IMG/VR virus record: IMGVR_UViG_3300034033_000050 | Origin: a virus | Length of the DNA stretch: 34,563 nucleotides | Reading direction: 5' to 3' (one strand) | In this document: positions 17,858 through 26,183 of the stretch, in pieces | How positions within the stretch are numbered: position 1 is the first letter of the stretch | Layout of the letters: every line of letters begins with the position of its first letter | Translations under genes and position numbers: made by a program | The notes under the pieces: model-generated | What the model was told of the DNA's origin: nothing | Seen by the model: only the letters and a program-made list of their open reading frames with translations | Database searches by the model: none

Positions 17858-19650
17858 GTGAACATCAAAACAAGTCAAGCGCTGAAAGCAGTATATGGTT
17901 TGGAATCGGCATTGTATTGGGCTTTGTTGTCTTGGCATATATTGCAAAACCATCCATATTCCACATAAGTTTATATCTTATCAAAAAGACTCTTGTGGCC
18001 ATATATTATATTGAGGTTGATCTGGGCATGGACGTTACATCGATAACTAATTCACTGATTACACTAGATAACAATATTAATCATTCTGATGTTTCTTACC
18101 ATAACAGCTGGGCCATCTATACGATATTAGGTTCACATATTGTAACATTTGCAGTAACCGGGCTTGTATTGGCACTGGCATATATCCTTATCACCTACTA
18201 TTACGAGAACTACTTCAACCGAACTTTTGGGTTTGTGCGCCTTAAAAAAGAGTACGCCAAGATGAATCCAAAGATTCTTCCAACACAAGCTTTTCCACCA
18301 TTTACAAAAAACGAAGACAAAGAGCCTTTTACCCAAAGCGAGACACCGTGGGTATTTGCCAACAAATACAAAATCATAAAACCCAGCATGTCATCAACCA
18401 ACGTAACAAGGGATAGTTTCGATGAAGATATTGCTAAAAAAGTCTTGCAAACCCAATGCGGCGCCATGTTCCATCACCCAATCGTTGATTCTGACAACAA
18501 GATACATATGACTGGTGCTGCAAAAATAATGCTTGGCATTATGTGCGCATACCATGAGCGGGAACCGCTATTAATGAAAGAACTTGTAAATGAATCTGGC
18601 AGGTGGTTTAAATACAAGATCAACATGAAAACTAAAAAGCATAAATTTTGGATGGAGGTTCCTAAAAAATACGAGGCTGAAATAGATCGTCTGATAATAC
18701 AGGCGTTCACCAATTCTGTTTCAATTGACAGTTTTGAGAGACAAAACAAGTTAGACAATAATGAACCAATGATGCATAAAGTAATTAGAAGTGCCTATTA
18801 TGTTCATGATTTCACTTATACATTTCTAATGGCTTTATTTGATCCCATTCCTCAGGTATCTGCATCCGACACTATATGGCTAAAGGCCATTAACAGGCCT
18901 TTATATTACGCCCTTAATATAGTTGGAAGACCATCACCACTAACGCGCAGCTTGGGCATACGCTATTTGTATTTTGAAGAAAAACAAAAATTTAAGAACA
19001 AGAGTAGGTTATTTGAGAAGGATCTTGTTTCACCTGTGTCGATAGATACGAAGGTGTTGTTAGACATGCACAATTGGGACTCACCTATAAACGATTTGTA
19101 TTTTGCGCTTGATGATACGCAATGGGTCCATCATTCAAGATATAAGGATATAGAAGATGAAGACATTATCAACCTTGGCGAGAAGGATTTTAGTTTTGAC
19201 AATCAAGCTTATATACTTATTATAAAGGAACTACAAGAGCGCCAATTAAAGGTTAAGTCGTTACACTTCAAAAAGTACGATGGTAGTTATCTCATGGACC
19301 CAATCTATCCCAATGAATCAGAAATCATGGATATTAAAGATGCGGCAAGGCTGAAAGCTATAATCGGGGCTTTTTATGTTAATGTAAATGACATGCAAGC
19401 ATTGAAGTATTTTTGTTACACTAACTCAGAAACCCTTAAAGACATTAACATCGTTGGTTACAACATGCTACCTGATGCTGTTGAAGTAATGGGTTCAAGC
19501 GCCAAGTCATGGTATAACATCATGAAAGAGGTTATGCGTATTAACGAAGATGATACATCTGGTGTAATATCACCTGAAGATTTAAACTGGGGTGTAATAA
19601 ACTCCATTGAAGACGCTATTTCGACCCTGTACGAACTTCCTAAGCAGTAA
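17854..19650 (+). CDS. dotM: DotM/IcmP/TrbA-family coupling-complex protein with C-terminal extension
   Basis: N-terminal TM segments; TPWVFA; WLKAINRPLYYALNIVGR matches the DotM/TrbA WLK..DR.LWYALN..GR motif. Confidence 0.8.
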   Translation: MSEHQNKSSAESSIWFGIGIVLGFVVLAYIAKPSIFHISLYLIKKTLVAIYYIEVDLGMDVTSITNSLITLDNNINHSDVSYHNSWAIYTILGSHIVTFAVTGLVLALAYILITYYYENYFNRTFGFVRLKKEYAKMNPKILPTQAFPPFTKNEDKEPFTQSETPWVFANKYKIIKPSMSSTNVTRDSFDEDIAKKVLQTQCGAMFHHPIVDSDNKIHMTGAAKIMLGIMCAYHEREPLLMKELVNESGRWFKYKINMKTKKHKFWMEVPKKYEAEIDRLIIQAFTNSVSIDSFERQNKLDNNEPMMHKVIRSAYYVHDFTYTFLMALFDPIPQVSASDTIWLKAINRPLYYALNIVGRPSPLTRSLGIRYLYFEEKQKFKNKSRLFEKDLVSPVSIDTKVLLDMHNWDSPINDLYFALDDTQWVHHSRYKDIEDEDIINLGEKDFSFDNQAYILIIKELQERQLKVKSLHFKKYDGSYLMDPIYPNESEIMDIKDAARLKAIIGAFYVNVNDMQALKYFCYTNSETLKDINIVGYNMLPDAVEVMGSSAKSWYNIMKEVMRINEDDTSGVISPEDLNWGVINSIEDAISTLYELPKQ

Positions 19651-20002
19651 ATCCATGTTGCATTATAACCAGTCTTGAAAATGCCGCAGCCATGTGCGCT
19701 TTAGATTTCAACTCTTCCAGTTCGCCATAAGCACCTGCCTTGGATAGCAATCTACCGATATTCACATCACATAGAGTTGTAAAGCCAATGACCCAGGCAC
19801 TGGCATCAGCACCAGGCACCTTGCCTTTTTGTGCGCTTTTTGAATACGTTATCTCCACGCCTGTATCTATATTGTTCATATCATCGTAATGCAAGCCATG
19901 CCACGGGTGTCCAACGGGGATAACGACATATCCGTTATAGTAATCAACTTTACCCGATGTGTTAATTTTTTCTGTGATACATATTTTCATGATATGTCTC
20001 AT
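19640..20002 (-). CDS. Hypothetical protein (phage/plasmid-type GYV.+P.GHPW.G..YD family)
   Basis: ORF with its own promoter motif at 20020-20034; GYVVIPVGHPWHG...ITYS...WVIGF. Confidence 0.7.
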   Translation of the reverse strand: MRHIMKICITEKINTSGKVDYYNGYVVIPVGHPWHGLHYDDMNNIDTGVEITYSKSAQKGKVPGADASAWVIGFTTLCDVNIGRLLSKAGAYGELEELKSKAHMAAAFSRLVIMQHGFTA

Positions 20003-20045
20003 TATTAATGTGTTGAAATATTATACCTATACTAAGATTTTAGTC

Positions 20046-20540
20046 TTAGCGCAAAGGCTTATTTCTGCTTTCTCTATAAAACATATGTGAACCCATTTGT
20101 ATTGCAAAAAGGGTTAAGTTTGAATCTGCCCAATCAGGGTTGGCATCTATTGCATGATATAAAAGCACGTCATCTTTCTCAAATCCAGCAATATCAACGC
20201 CCTCCTCCCCATATAAAAAGGCATCAGCTACCAAGCCAGCTTGTATAAAAGCCTGTCTGTCTTGTGGTTTACTTAAGTCAATGACGTCCTTTTTGCCATC
20301 ACACCACCAAGAATACGCACAAGAGCGCAATGTTAATTGATGAACCACTCCATAAACAGTATCAGGGTAATATTTTGATTTAACTCTTAACACCACGTTA
20401 TTAGCCACACCCACCATTGATGCTATCCCATCTCCCCTTGACTCTTGATATATTACTACAGTCATGGTGTACAGATCATTATCTATTGGCTCATATTGTC
20501 CATTCATACCAGCGATTAATAAAGATATAAATTTTAGCAT
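20046..20540 (-). CDS. SleB-like cell wall hydrolase (Hydrolase_2)
   Basis: IYQESRG, VANNVVLRV, YPDTVYGVVHQ, YSWWCDG, YHA, P.WA, G.H.FY. Confidence 0.9.
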   Translation of the reverse strand: MLKFISLLIAGMNGQYEPIDNDLYTMTVVIYQESRGDGIASMVGVANNVVLRVKSKYYPDTVYGVVHQLTLRSCAYSWWCDGKKDVIDLSKPQDRQAFIQAGLVADAFLYGEEGVDIAGFEKDDVLLYHAIDANPDWADSNLTLFAIQMGSHMFYRESRNKPLR

Positions 20541-20578
20541 TTGATTGACTCCGATTAATTATAAATAATTATAGAGTT

Positions 20579-20619
20579 GCTAAATAATGCCAATGTGGTT
20601 GGCACTGGCATAAATTAGC
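20579..20619 (-). terminator. Imperfect inverted repeat abutting the promoter motif
   Basis: GCTAAATAATGCCAATGTG-gttgg-CACTGGCATAAATTAGC. Confidence 0.5.
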
Positions 20620-20639
20620 AATTTACCTACCCCATACAA

Positions 20640-21038
20640 TCAAAAGCATTCATTGTTATCAATGCGCTGTTGGAACATAGTGCGCATACCGATTTCTATT
20701 TCCCAATCTTCAATATCATATCCACTCAAAGCCTCTGCGGTATCTTCTATACTGCATGTGATACTAGCCTCATGGTTATTTAACTCCCTTTGTATAATGG
20801 CATCTCTGCCATTTTCAGCAAAGTCTTGCTCTATACCATCACTTGTAACCTTGTTTAATCCAATTACCAGTGTGCCTGCATTAGCCTTAGGAACCACTAT
20901 TCCATTACCTAGTGATACATATTCAACGCCTTTGACTTTATTTTTATCAAGTGCGGAATTTGAAAAAGCAAAAAACGCGCCTGTTTTATTCATAAGTTCG
21001 TTTCTGGCAGGAATGATATAATCTGTTAATGTTTTCAT
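20640..21038 (-). CDS. Hypothetical protein (GAFFAFS...ELNNHE family)
   Basis: ORF with its own promoter motif at 21069-21083. Confidence 0.75.
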   Translation of the reverse strand: MKTLTDYIIPARNELMNKTGAFFAFSNSALDKNKVKGVEYVSLGNGIVVPKANAGTLVIGLNKVTSDGIEQDFAENGRDAIIQRELNNHEASITCSIEDTAEALSGYDIEDWEIEIGMRTMFQQRIDNNECF

Positions 21039-21108
21039 AATTATTTATCTATTGATTTAAGTTAAAATATTATAGTTTCGCTAACAAATCATAATTCTTT
21101 ATTTCCAT

Positions 21109-21138
21109 AAAAAAATGGGCGGTATATTACTACCGCCC
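21109..21138 (-). terminator. Rho-independent terminator
   Basis: GGGCGGTA-gtaata-TACCGCCC-A-T7. Confidence 0.85.
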
Positions 21139-21246
21139 TAATAGGAAAATAAAATGAAAAATAAATCCTTTTGAACAACATCCTTGTTTTACTCCTATTC
21201 CTTGAAATGTTGCATATGTGCCATGACACCTCCGCATTATTTAACT
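21109..21246 (-). ncRNA. Candidate sRNA of about 140 nt with five GGA motifs (CsrB/RsmY/Z-like)
   Basis: Promoter motif at 21253-21267; strong terminator at 21109-21138; no convincing ORF; contains AACA-AGGA-UGUU. Confidence 0.5.
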
Positions 21247-21280
21247 TGAAATATTATACAACCACTCGAAACCCACGTTT

Positions 21281-22813
21281 TTAAAGGCTCTTTTTAAGAT
21301 TCCTAACCATTACAGCGATTAATGATTCTATTGTTTTACGTGCAACACCTCTATCAAACCACCTTAATAACTCACCATCATCGCTGTGCTCACCTACATA
21401 CAAGCCAAAAGTTTTAACTCCTTTTTTAGAGTAATACCTTTTATTTATATCCCCATCACATATACCGCCATCAGTTACAATGAAATTTATTTTTGCATCT
21501 GCCATAATAGATAGATTATGATCAAAAGTTTCTTTAAGTCCCTCGCTATAGTGAACATTAGCAATTAATCCAATATCATCAGGCTTTAAAGGCATGGGTA
21601 TTACTTCGCTTATACAATCACCTCTTGTAAGTATTACATTGCCTTGTATATAGCCTTGTTTGGCTAGATTACTAAAGATAGCAATAATAGTTCTAGCGCT
21701 TTCTATCGGTTCACCTCTCATACTTCCTGAACAATCAATAATTAAATTAGTTTTAAGTTTTGATTTTGACTTACTTTGTTTTGCACGATACATTTTTTCA
21801 TCTTCACCACGAATGATACCGCGTATATTAAGGCGCTTACTTGGTCTAGATGTACTTTCATAGGCGCTATGTGTTTTAAACGCACCTGCACATTGTTTTG
21901 TAAGGGTCTGAACTGCTTTTAAATCAATAGGCTCTGGCGCTTTAAGATAAAATTCAGCGTTTTTATTGATTTCTGCAAACACATTTTTATTATCAGTGTC
22001 TAATTCATGTCCTGGCTTTGATTTACTTTGTTTTAGATTTTCCTCGGCTTGAGTATCTGCAATTGTATAGCTGTCTTTATCAATTCTTTCAAAATCACCA
22101 CCTAAATCATTAATTGGCTCTAGGTAAATAGGCTCACATTGCTTTGAGCCCTTAATAGATTCATTTAATTCATCACTAAAATCATTTTGCTCGTTGTCTT
22201 GTGACTCGTCTTCATTTTCATCTAATTTAAAAATATCATTCCATTCTACAAGTATCGGAATTAAATCTTCTGTTGTGGCACACGCTTGAAATCTAAGATA
22301 GAAATCATTAATAAGGTTAAGCACTGGCACCACTTGTGGCTCTACTATAGGCCATGCACCCTCAAGGTGCTTTATATATAGCAATAAAGATTCTGGTGAT
22401 CCTGTACATTTATGAACATGTAATGATGACCAATCAAAACTACGTTCTGTAAAGTCTCTAAATAAATTCTCAATTCTCACATCTTCAGCTAGATTTAAAA
22501 GTCCTTTTGATACTCCCATACATTTTGCTTGATTAATAACACCCTTTGCATCCTTTTGAGTGTATAGGCCATGACCTAATTCATGACAAAGTAAGGATTC
22601 AACAAGCTTTTGTTGATTGCCCTTAGAATCTTTGAACATACCATCACCTATATAGATGTGGTGTTTGTTATTATGAAACATCCAACAAGCCGACTCATGG
22701 CCAAGCTTTACTTTTACCACATGATGATGATTTTTATCACGCCATTGGTTTATGATGGCCTTTAACCATGAACGTCTGGTATTGTCTTTTAGTTGATTAT
22801 AAGTAATTGACAT
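21281..22813 (-). CDS. vWA-domain protein with N-terminal HExxH domain (CobT-like AAA+ partner)
   Basis: CHELGH, NLAEDVRIEN, acidic linker, MIDAS DCSGSM...TDG. Confidence 0.85.
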   Translation of the reverse strand: MSITYNQLKDNTRRSWLKAIINQWRDKNHHHVVKVKLGHESACWMFHNNKHHIYIGDGMFKDSKGNQQKLVESLLCHELGHGLYTQKDAKGVINQAKCMGVSKGLLNLAEDVRIENLFRDFTERSFDWSSLHVHKCTGSPESLLLYIKHLEGAWPIVEPQVVPVLNLINDFYLRFQACATTEDLIPILVEWNDIFKLDENEDESQDNEQNDFSDELNESIKGSKQCEPIYLEPINDLGGDFERIDKDSYTIADTQAEENLKQSKSKPGHELDTDNKNVFAEINKNAEFYLKAPEPIDLKAVQTLTKQCAGAFKTHSAYESTSRPSKRLNIRGIIRGEDEKMYRAKQSKSKSKLKTNLIIDCSGSMRGEPIESARTIIAIFSNLAKQGYIQGNVILTRGDCISEVIPMPLKPDDIGLIANVHYSEGLKETFDHNLSIMADAKINFIVTDGGICDGDINKRYYSKKGVKTFGLYVGEHSDDGELLRWFDRGVARKTIESLIAVMVRNLKKSL

Positions 22814-22855
22814 ATTAAATATTTCATAATTTGATTAATAAATTATATTGATACT

Positions 22856-22887
22856 AAAAAGCCATGTATTGTTATATACATGGCTTT
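22856..22887 (-). terminator. Rho-independent terminator
   Basis: AAAGCCATGTAT-N6-ATACATGGCTTT-TT. Confidence 0.8.
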
Positions 22888-22900
22888 GAGAGGTGTTATA

Positions 22901-24247
22901 TTATTTAAATGCTGATTCATAGGCCATCATCACTGCTTCAATTTCATCTTGCACTGGCTCCCCATCCATATCAACATCGACCCAATTAAGCGCACGTCTT
23001 TGAATTTCTGCGCCTATGTCATCTTTGTTTGATGAAAACTCTATAATTTCGCACACATGTCTCATGGCTGACTTTTTATTAAGTTGACCCTCATCAACAA
23101 GGGCGTTAATAGTATTGTGAAACTTAATTAATGATTTAACTATTTTTTGAGGATATTTTTTAAGCTTGGCCTGTTCTGTAGCTACATTAAGCAATAACTC
23201 TTTATTTTCTGGAAAATTACATATTATAAATCTATCACTCAAGGCGGTTTCTAGATTTTCAACGTCATAATCAGCGCCCACATTGGTTGTAGTGACCACC
23301 CATAACAGCTCTTTAGGTGCGCATAATACCTCTGTAACGGCCACGCCATCATTGACCTCTAAGAATCTGCCAGTATTTAAAAGATAGTTACCTTTGTTAT
23401 CAGGTACAAGACAAGATACAAGGATATCTAATTGTTTTGATGGTATTCTTAATATTTCATCAATTAACAAGCAAGACTTAATACCTTTGCTTGCATTTCT
23501 AAAAGCAGCACCCAAAGCTCCATCAATCCAGAACACATCACCACCCTTGATGCTTTCATGTCCTAAGATGTCTAAGGTTTCAATTTGGTTGTGACCTGCT
23601 AAAAAGAATTTATCTACACCTAATGAATCTATAAACTCATGCGCCATATAGGTTTTACCGCAGCCCTTAGACCCTTGAAATTGGAGGTTTTTCTTAAAAG
23701 CATAATGTTTTAACATGTTTAAAGGCATTAGCACATCTTCATCCATTGCCATTATAGGTTGCATAACTGCATTATAGCCATCAACAAGAGTTTCAAGTGA
23801 TCTTGCACCATACATAAACAAGATTTGCTTTGTATGCTTACATGTGCGCTCTTTAGAACGAAAAAATATACAGCCTGTTGATTCATTAGCAGTTGACCCA
23901 TAGGCATTAGATAGGCAATCCCTTTTAATCTTAGTGATTACATTTTTTTCTAACACAACCTTTGCCAGTGCGCTATCTACACGCTTTATGGCCTCTTGTG
24001 AAGTAATTTTACCTTCTAAAAATGCATCACCACACCAATAATGAAATTCATCACCATCATAGGCCAATACTACATTATGCACCTTTTCATCATACTGCAT
24101 CTCATAGCATTCAATATAACTAAGATGGGATTGTTTTGTTGTGATGTCTGTAAAAGGAAACATGCCTTTATATCCACCAACCACCGTATACTCTGGTGCT
24201 TTAGGTGTTGAACCCGTTAGTCTTTTTCTGTATTCAGTTTCGTTCAT
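22901..24247 (-). CDS. MoxR/CobS-like AAA+ ATPase with N-terminal SWIM-like Zn motif
   Basis: Walker A GSKGCGKT, FWIDG.L..AF, Walker B LLIDEI, TTN, ALSDRF; C-x8-CKH in the N-terminal domain. Confidence 0.88.
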   Translation of the reverse strand: MNETEYRKRLTGSTPKAPEYTVVGGYKGMFPFTDITTKQSHLSYIECYEMQYDEKVHNVVLAYDGDEFHYWCGDAFLEGKITSQEAIKRVDSALAKVVLEKNVITKIKRDCLSNAYGSTANESTGCIFFRSKERTCKHTKQILFMYGARSLETLVDGYNAVMQPIMAMDEDVLMPLNMLKHYAFKKNLQFQGSKGCGKTYMAHEFIDSLGVDKFFLAGHNQIETLDILGHESIKGGDVFWIDGALGAAFRNASKGIKSCLLIDEILRIPSKQLDILVSCLVPDNKGNYLLNTGRFLEVNDGVAVTEVLCAPKELLWVVTTTNVGADYDVENLETALSDRFIICNFPENKELLLNVATEQAKLKKYPQKIVKSLIKFHNTINALVDEGQLNKKSAMRHVCEIIEFSSNKDDIGAEIQRRALNWVDVDMDGEPVQDEIEAVMMAYESAFK

Positions 24248-24288
24248 AATATTTTACTGTTTGATTAAGATGATAAATTATAGGGGAA

Positions 24289-24588
24289 CTATAAACCGAC
24301 AATTTCAAGCACTGGCACATTTTCAGAATTATTGTTTTTGGCTTTTTCATGAAAAAAGTCAATAACCACGTCATTATTAAAGCCATCTAGCATGATTTTA
24401 AAATCATATTGTTTGGTTTTATCGACCTTTGAGAAATAACAAAGGGTTTCACCTGTGGTTTTATCACAAACATCTAAGGTTTTAGCCCCTTGTAAGTCAT
24501 CACCTAGATATTGATCATTCCAAAAGAAAACGTCAGCCTTAGCTTTTTGCGCCATGTTCATAATGGCTGAATATGTAAATGTACTCAT
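24289..24588 (-). CDS. Hypothetical protein
   Basis: ORF with AGGA RBS and promoter motif at 24614-24628. Confidence 0.7.
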   Translation of the reverse strand: MSTFTYSAIMNMAQKAKADVFFWNDQYLGDDLQGAKTLDVCDKTTGETLCYFSKVDKTKQYDFKIMLDGFNNDVVIDFFHEKAKNNNSENVPVLEIVGL

Positions 24589-24627
24589 TTTAATTCCTGT
24601 TGATTGTTTATTAATTGTAGTTCTGCT

Positions 24628-24648
24628 AAAAATCGCCCTTCCCTGGGC
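24628..24648 (-). terminator. Short terminator-like hairpin
   Basis: GCCC-agggaa-GGGC-ga-TTTTT. Confidence 0.5.
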
Positions 24649-24662
24649 ACATGTTGAAAAAT

Positions 24663-24824
24663 TTATGCACGCATTGCTTTTAAGTACGCCCTATTCCATC
24701 CAGTGACCCAATATTGTGCGGCTAATGTTTCTTTAGCGTATGGACAGCTGTTAAGAGGTCTGTTTTTAAGTGATGCGTTATAGCCTTCGTCAAATGGACT
24801 ATCTGAGATTGATACTTTATTCAT
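24663..24824 (-). CDS. Ribosome modulation factor (Rmf)/CrpP-like small protein, 53 aa
   Basis: Not in the ORF track. MNKVSISDSPFDEGYNASLKNRPLNSCPYAKETLAAQYWVTGWNRAYLKAMRA; GY.A....R....CPY........W..GW..A signature; GGAG RBS; promoter motif at 24855-24869. Confidence 0.8.
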   Translation of the reverse strand: MNKVSISDSPFDEGYNASLKNRPLNSCPYAKETLAAQYWVTGWNRAYLKAMRA

Positions 24825-24942
24825 GATTATCTCCAAGAGTTATTAGGTATAAATATTATAAAGTGACTAAGATGCCAGTGCTTTATTGAATAAGTTAAAT
24901 TACTTTCCCCCATACAATTAGCATTGGCATTTAAAACTTTGT

Positions 24943-25146
24943 TCAATCAGATTTAACAAAGAAATAATAATCAGCGCCGAAATCATAATAAACATCAACA
25001 CCATTAACGGATTTTATAAATCTACCATTGGCAATTTCACATGTTCTAGTTTCATTTTCCATCCAAACTATTCCATTTGCATAGGCAATAGCATCATCAT
25101 CGGATTCACAGTTTTCTAGAATTTCATCATAAGTTTGGTATGCCAT
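24943..25146 (-). CDS. Small acidic hypothetical protein
   Basis: 67-aa ORF with promoter motif at 25177-25191. Confidence 0.7.
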   Translation of the reverse strand: MAYQTYDEILENCESDDDAIAYANGIVWMENETRTCEIANGRFIKSVNGVDVYYDFGADYYFFVKSD

Positions 25147-25622
25147 TTGAATTTCTCATATTGTTTAAGTTATGAAATTATAATCAGGCTAGATTCTGTT
25201 AATATTATTAACCTTAACAAATTCAACCTACCCCCAAGATATAAAAAACAGTTCTTTAAAATCTAACAATCCATTTATAGAATTATGTTAAAATTAAAAC
25301 TATGGAAATATTAAAAGGATCACTCTGCATTATAAATTTGATTTGAAGTTAAATTAATAAACTCAATATTTAAGAATAAATTTCGATAAAAACTAAATAT
25401 AAAAATACCAACCGAAGATAAAGCATCCTAAGAGCATGTAAAAAAGAACCTTAACAGAGTATCGAAAAATATGATAAAATCATCACAGGAGCTTATATTG
25501 ACTCCTAATGAACCACCTTTAACTCAAAACAAACCCACAATAACATCAATATGAAACCATAGTTAGAGTTAAATACACCATGAAAATATCTATTTACTTT
25601 ATATATCAACAGTATAGACGCC

Positions 25623-26102
25623 CTAATGCAGTAATGCGGTATTGCGGAATTGCATTATTAATGTAATGAATCATTCATGTATTGCAGTATAATATATATG
25701 CATTATTCAGCATCAATGCAATGAAACAATACATTTAGTATATTTTTGCATTATGTACTAAAACACCAATAATCTATTTGCATTAAAACGGTATTGGTGT
25801 ATTATTGACATGCATTATTAATATATTGCATTTTTAATACATTGCATTTTTAATGTATTGCATGATTAACGTAATGCGTTATTAATGATATGCTGATAAA
25901 TAGTATTGTGGTATTAATGCATTGTGTTAATGCGGCATTACCGAATTGTAGAAGTACGGTATTACGGAAGTGGAGAAATGCGGAAGTGCGGTATTACCGA
26001 ATAGCTGAATAGCAGAATTGCAGTATAGCAGAAGTACCGTATTACCGAATAGCAGAATTGCGGAAGTACGGAATTGCAGAAGTGTAGAAGTGTAGAAGTG
26101 CT
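25623..26102 (+). repeat. 8-bp-period degenerate tandem array (60 octamer lengths); candidate partition centromere
   Basis: Units such as GTATTGCA, GAATTGCG, GAAGTACG, GTATTACC, GAATAGCA, GAAGTGTA in one register; directly upstream of parA. Confidence 0.8.
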
Positions 26103-26183
26103 TAATAATGGAATTCGCACAATCTACAAAATTGAACAAAAATGTTAACAAATATTCAATAACTTGGAAATAGGGCATAAATA

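Noticed and set aside
22862-22883. CCATGTA boxes in the 22856-22887 inverted repeat, matching the 16576 array
   Set aside because: Fully explained as a terminator stem; a 7-bp match could be chance.
21281-24247. Cobalamin biosynthesis (cobS/cobT)
   Set aside because: No cobN or other cob genes; only the general AAA+/vWA architecture is supported.
25192-25622. Replication origin in the AT-rich ORF-free stretch
   Set aside because: No rep gene, DnaA boxes or iterons that I can identify; left unassigned.
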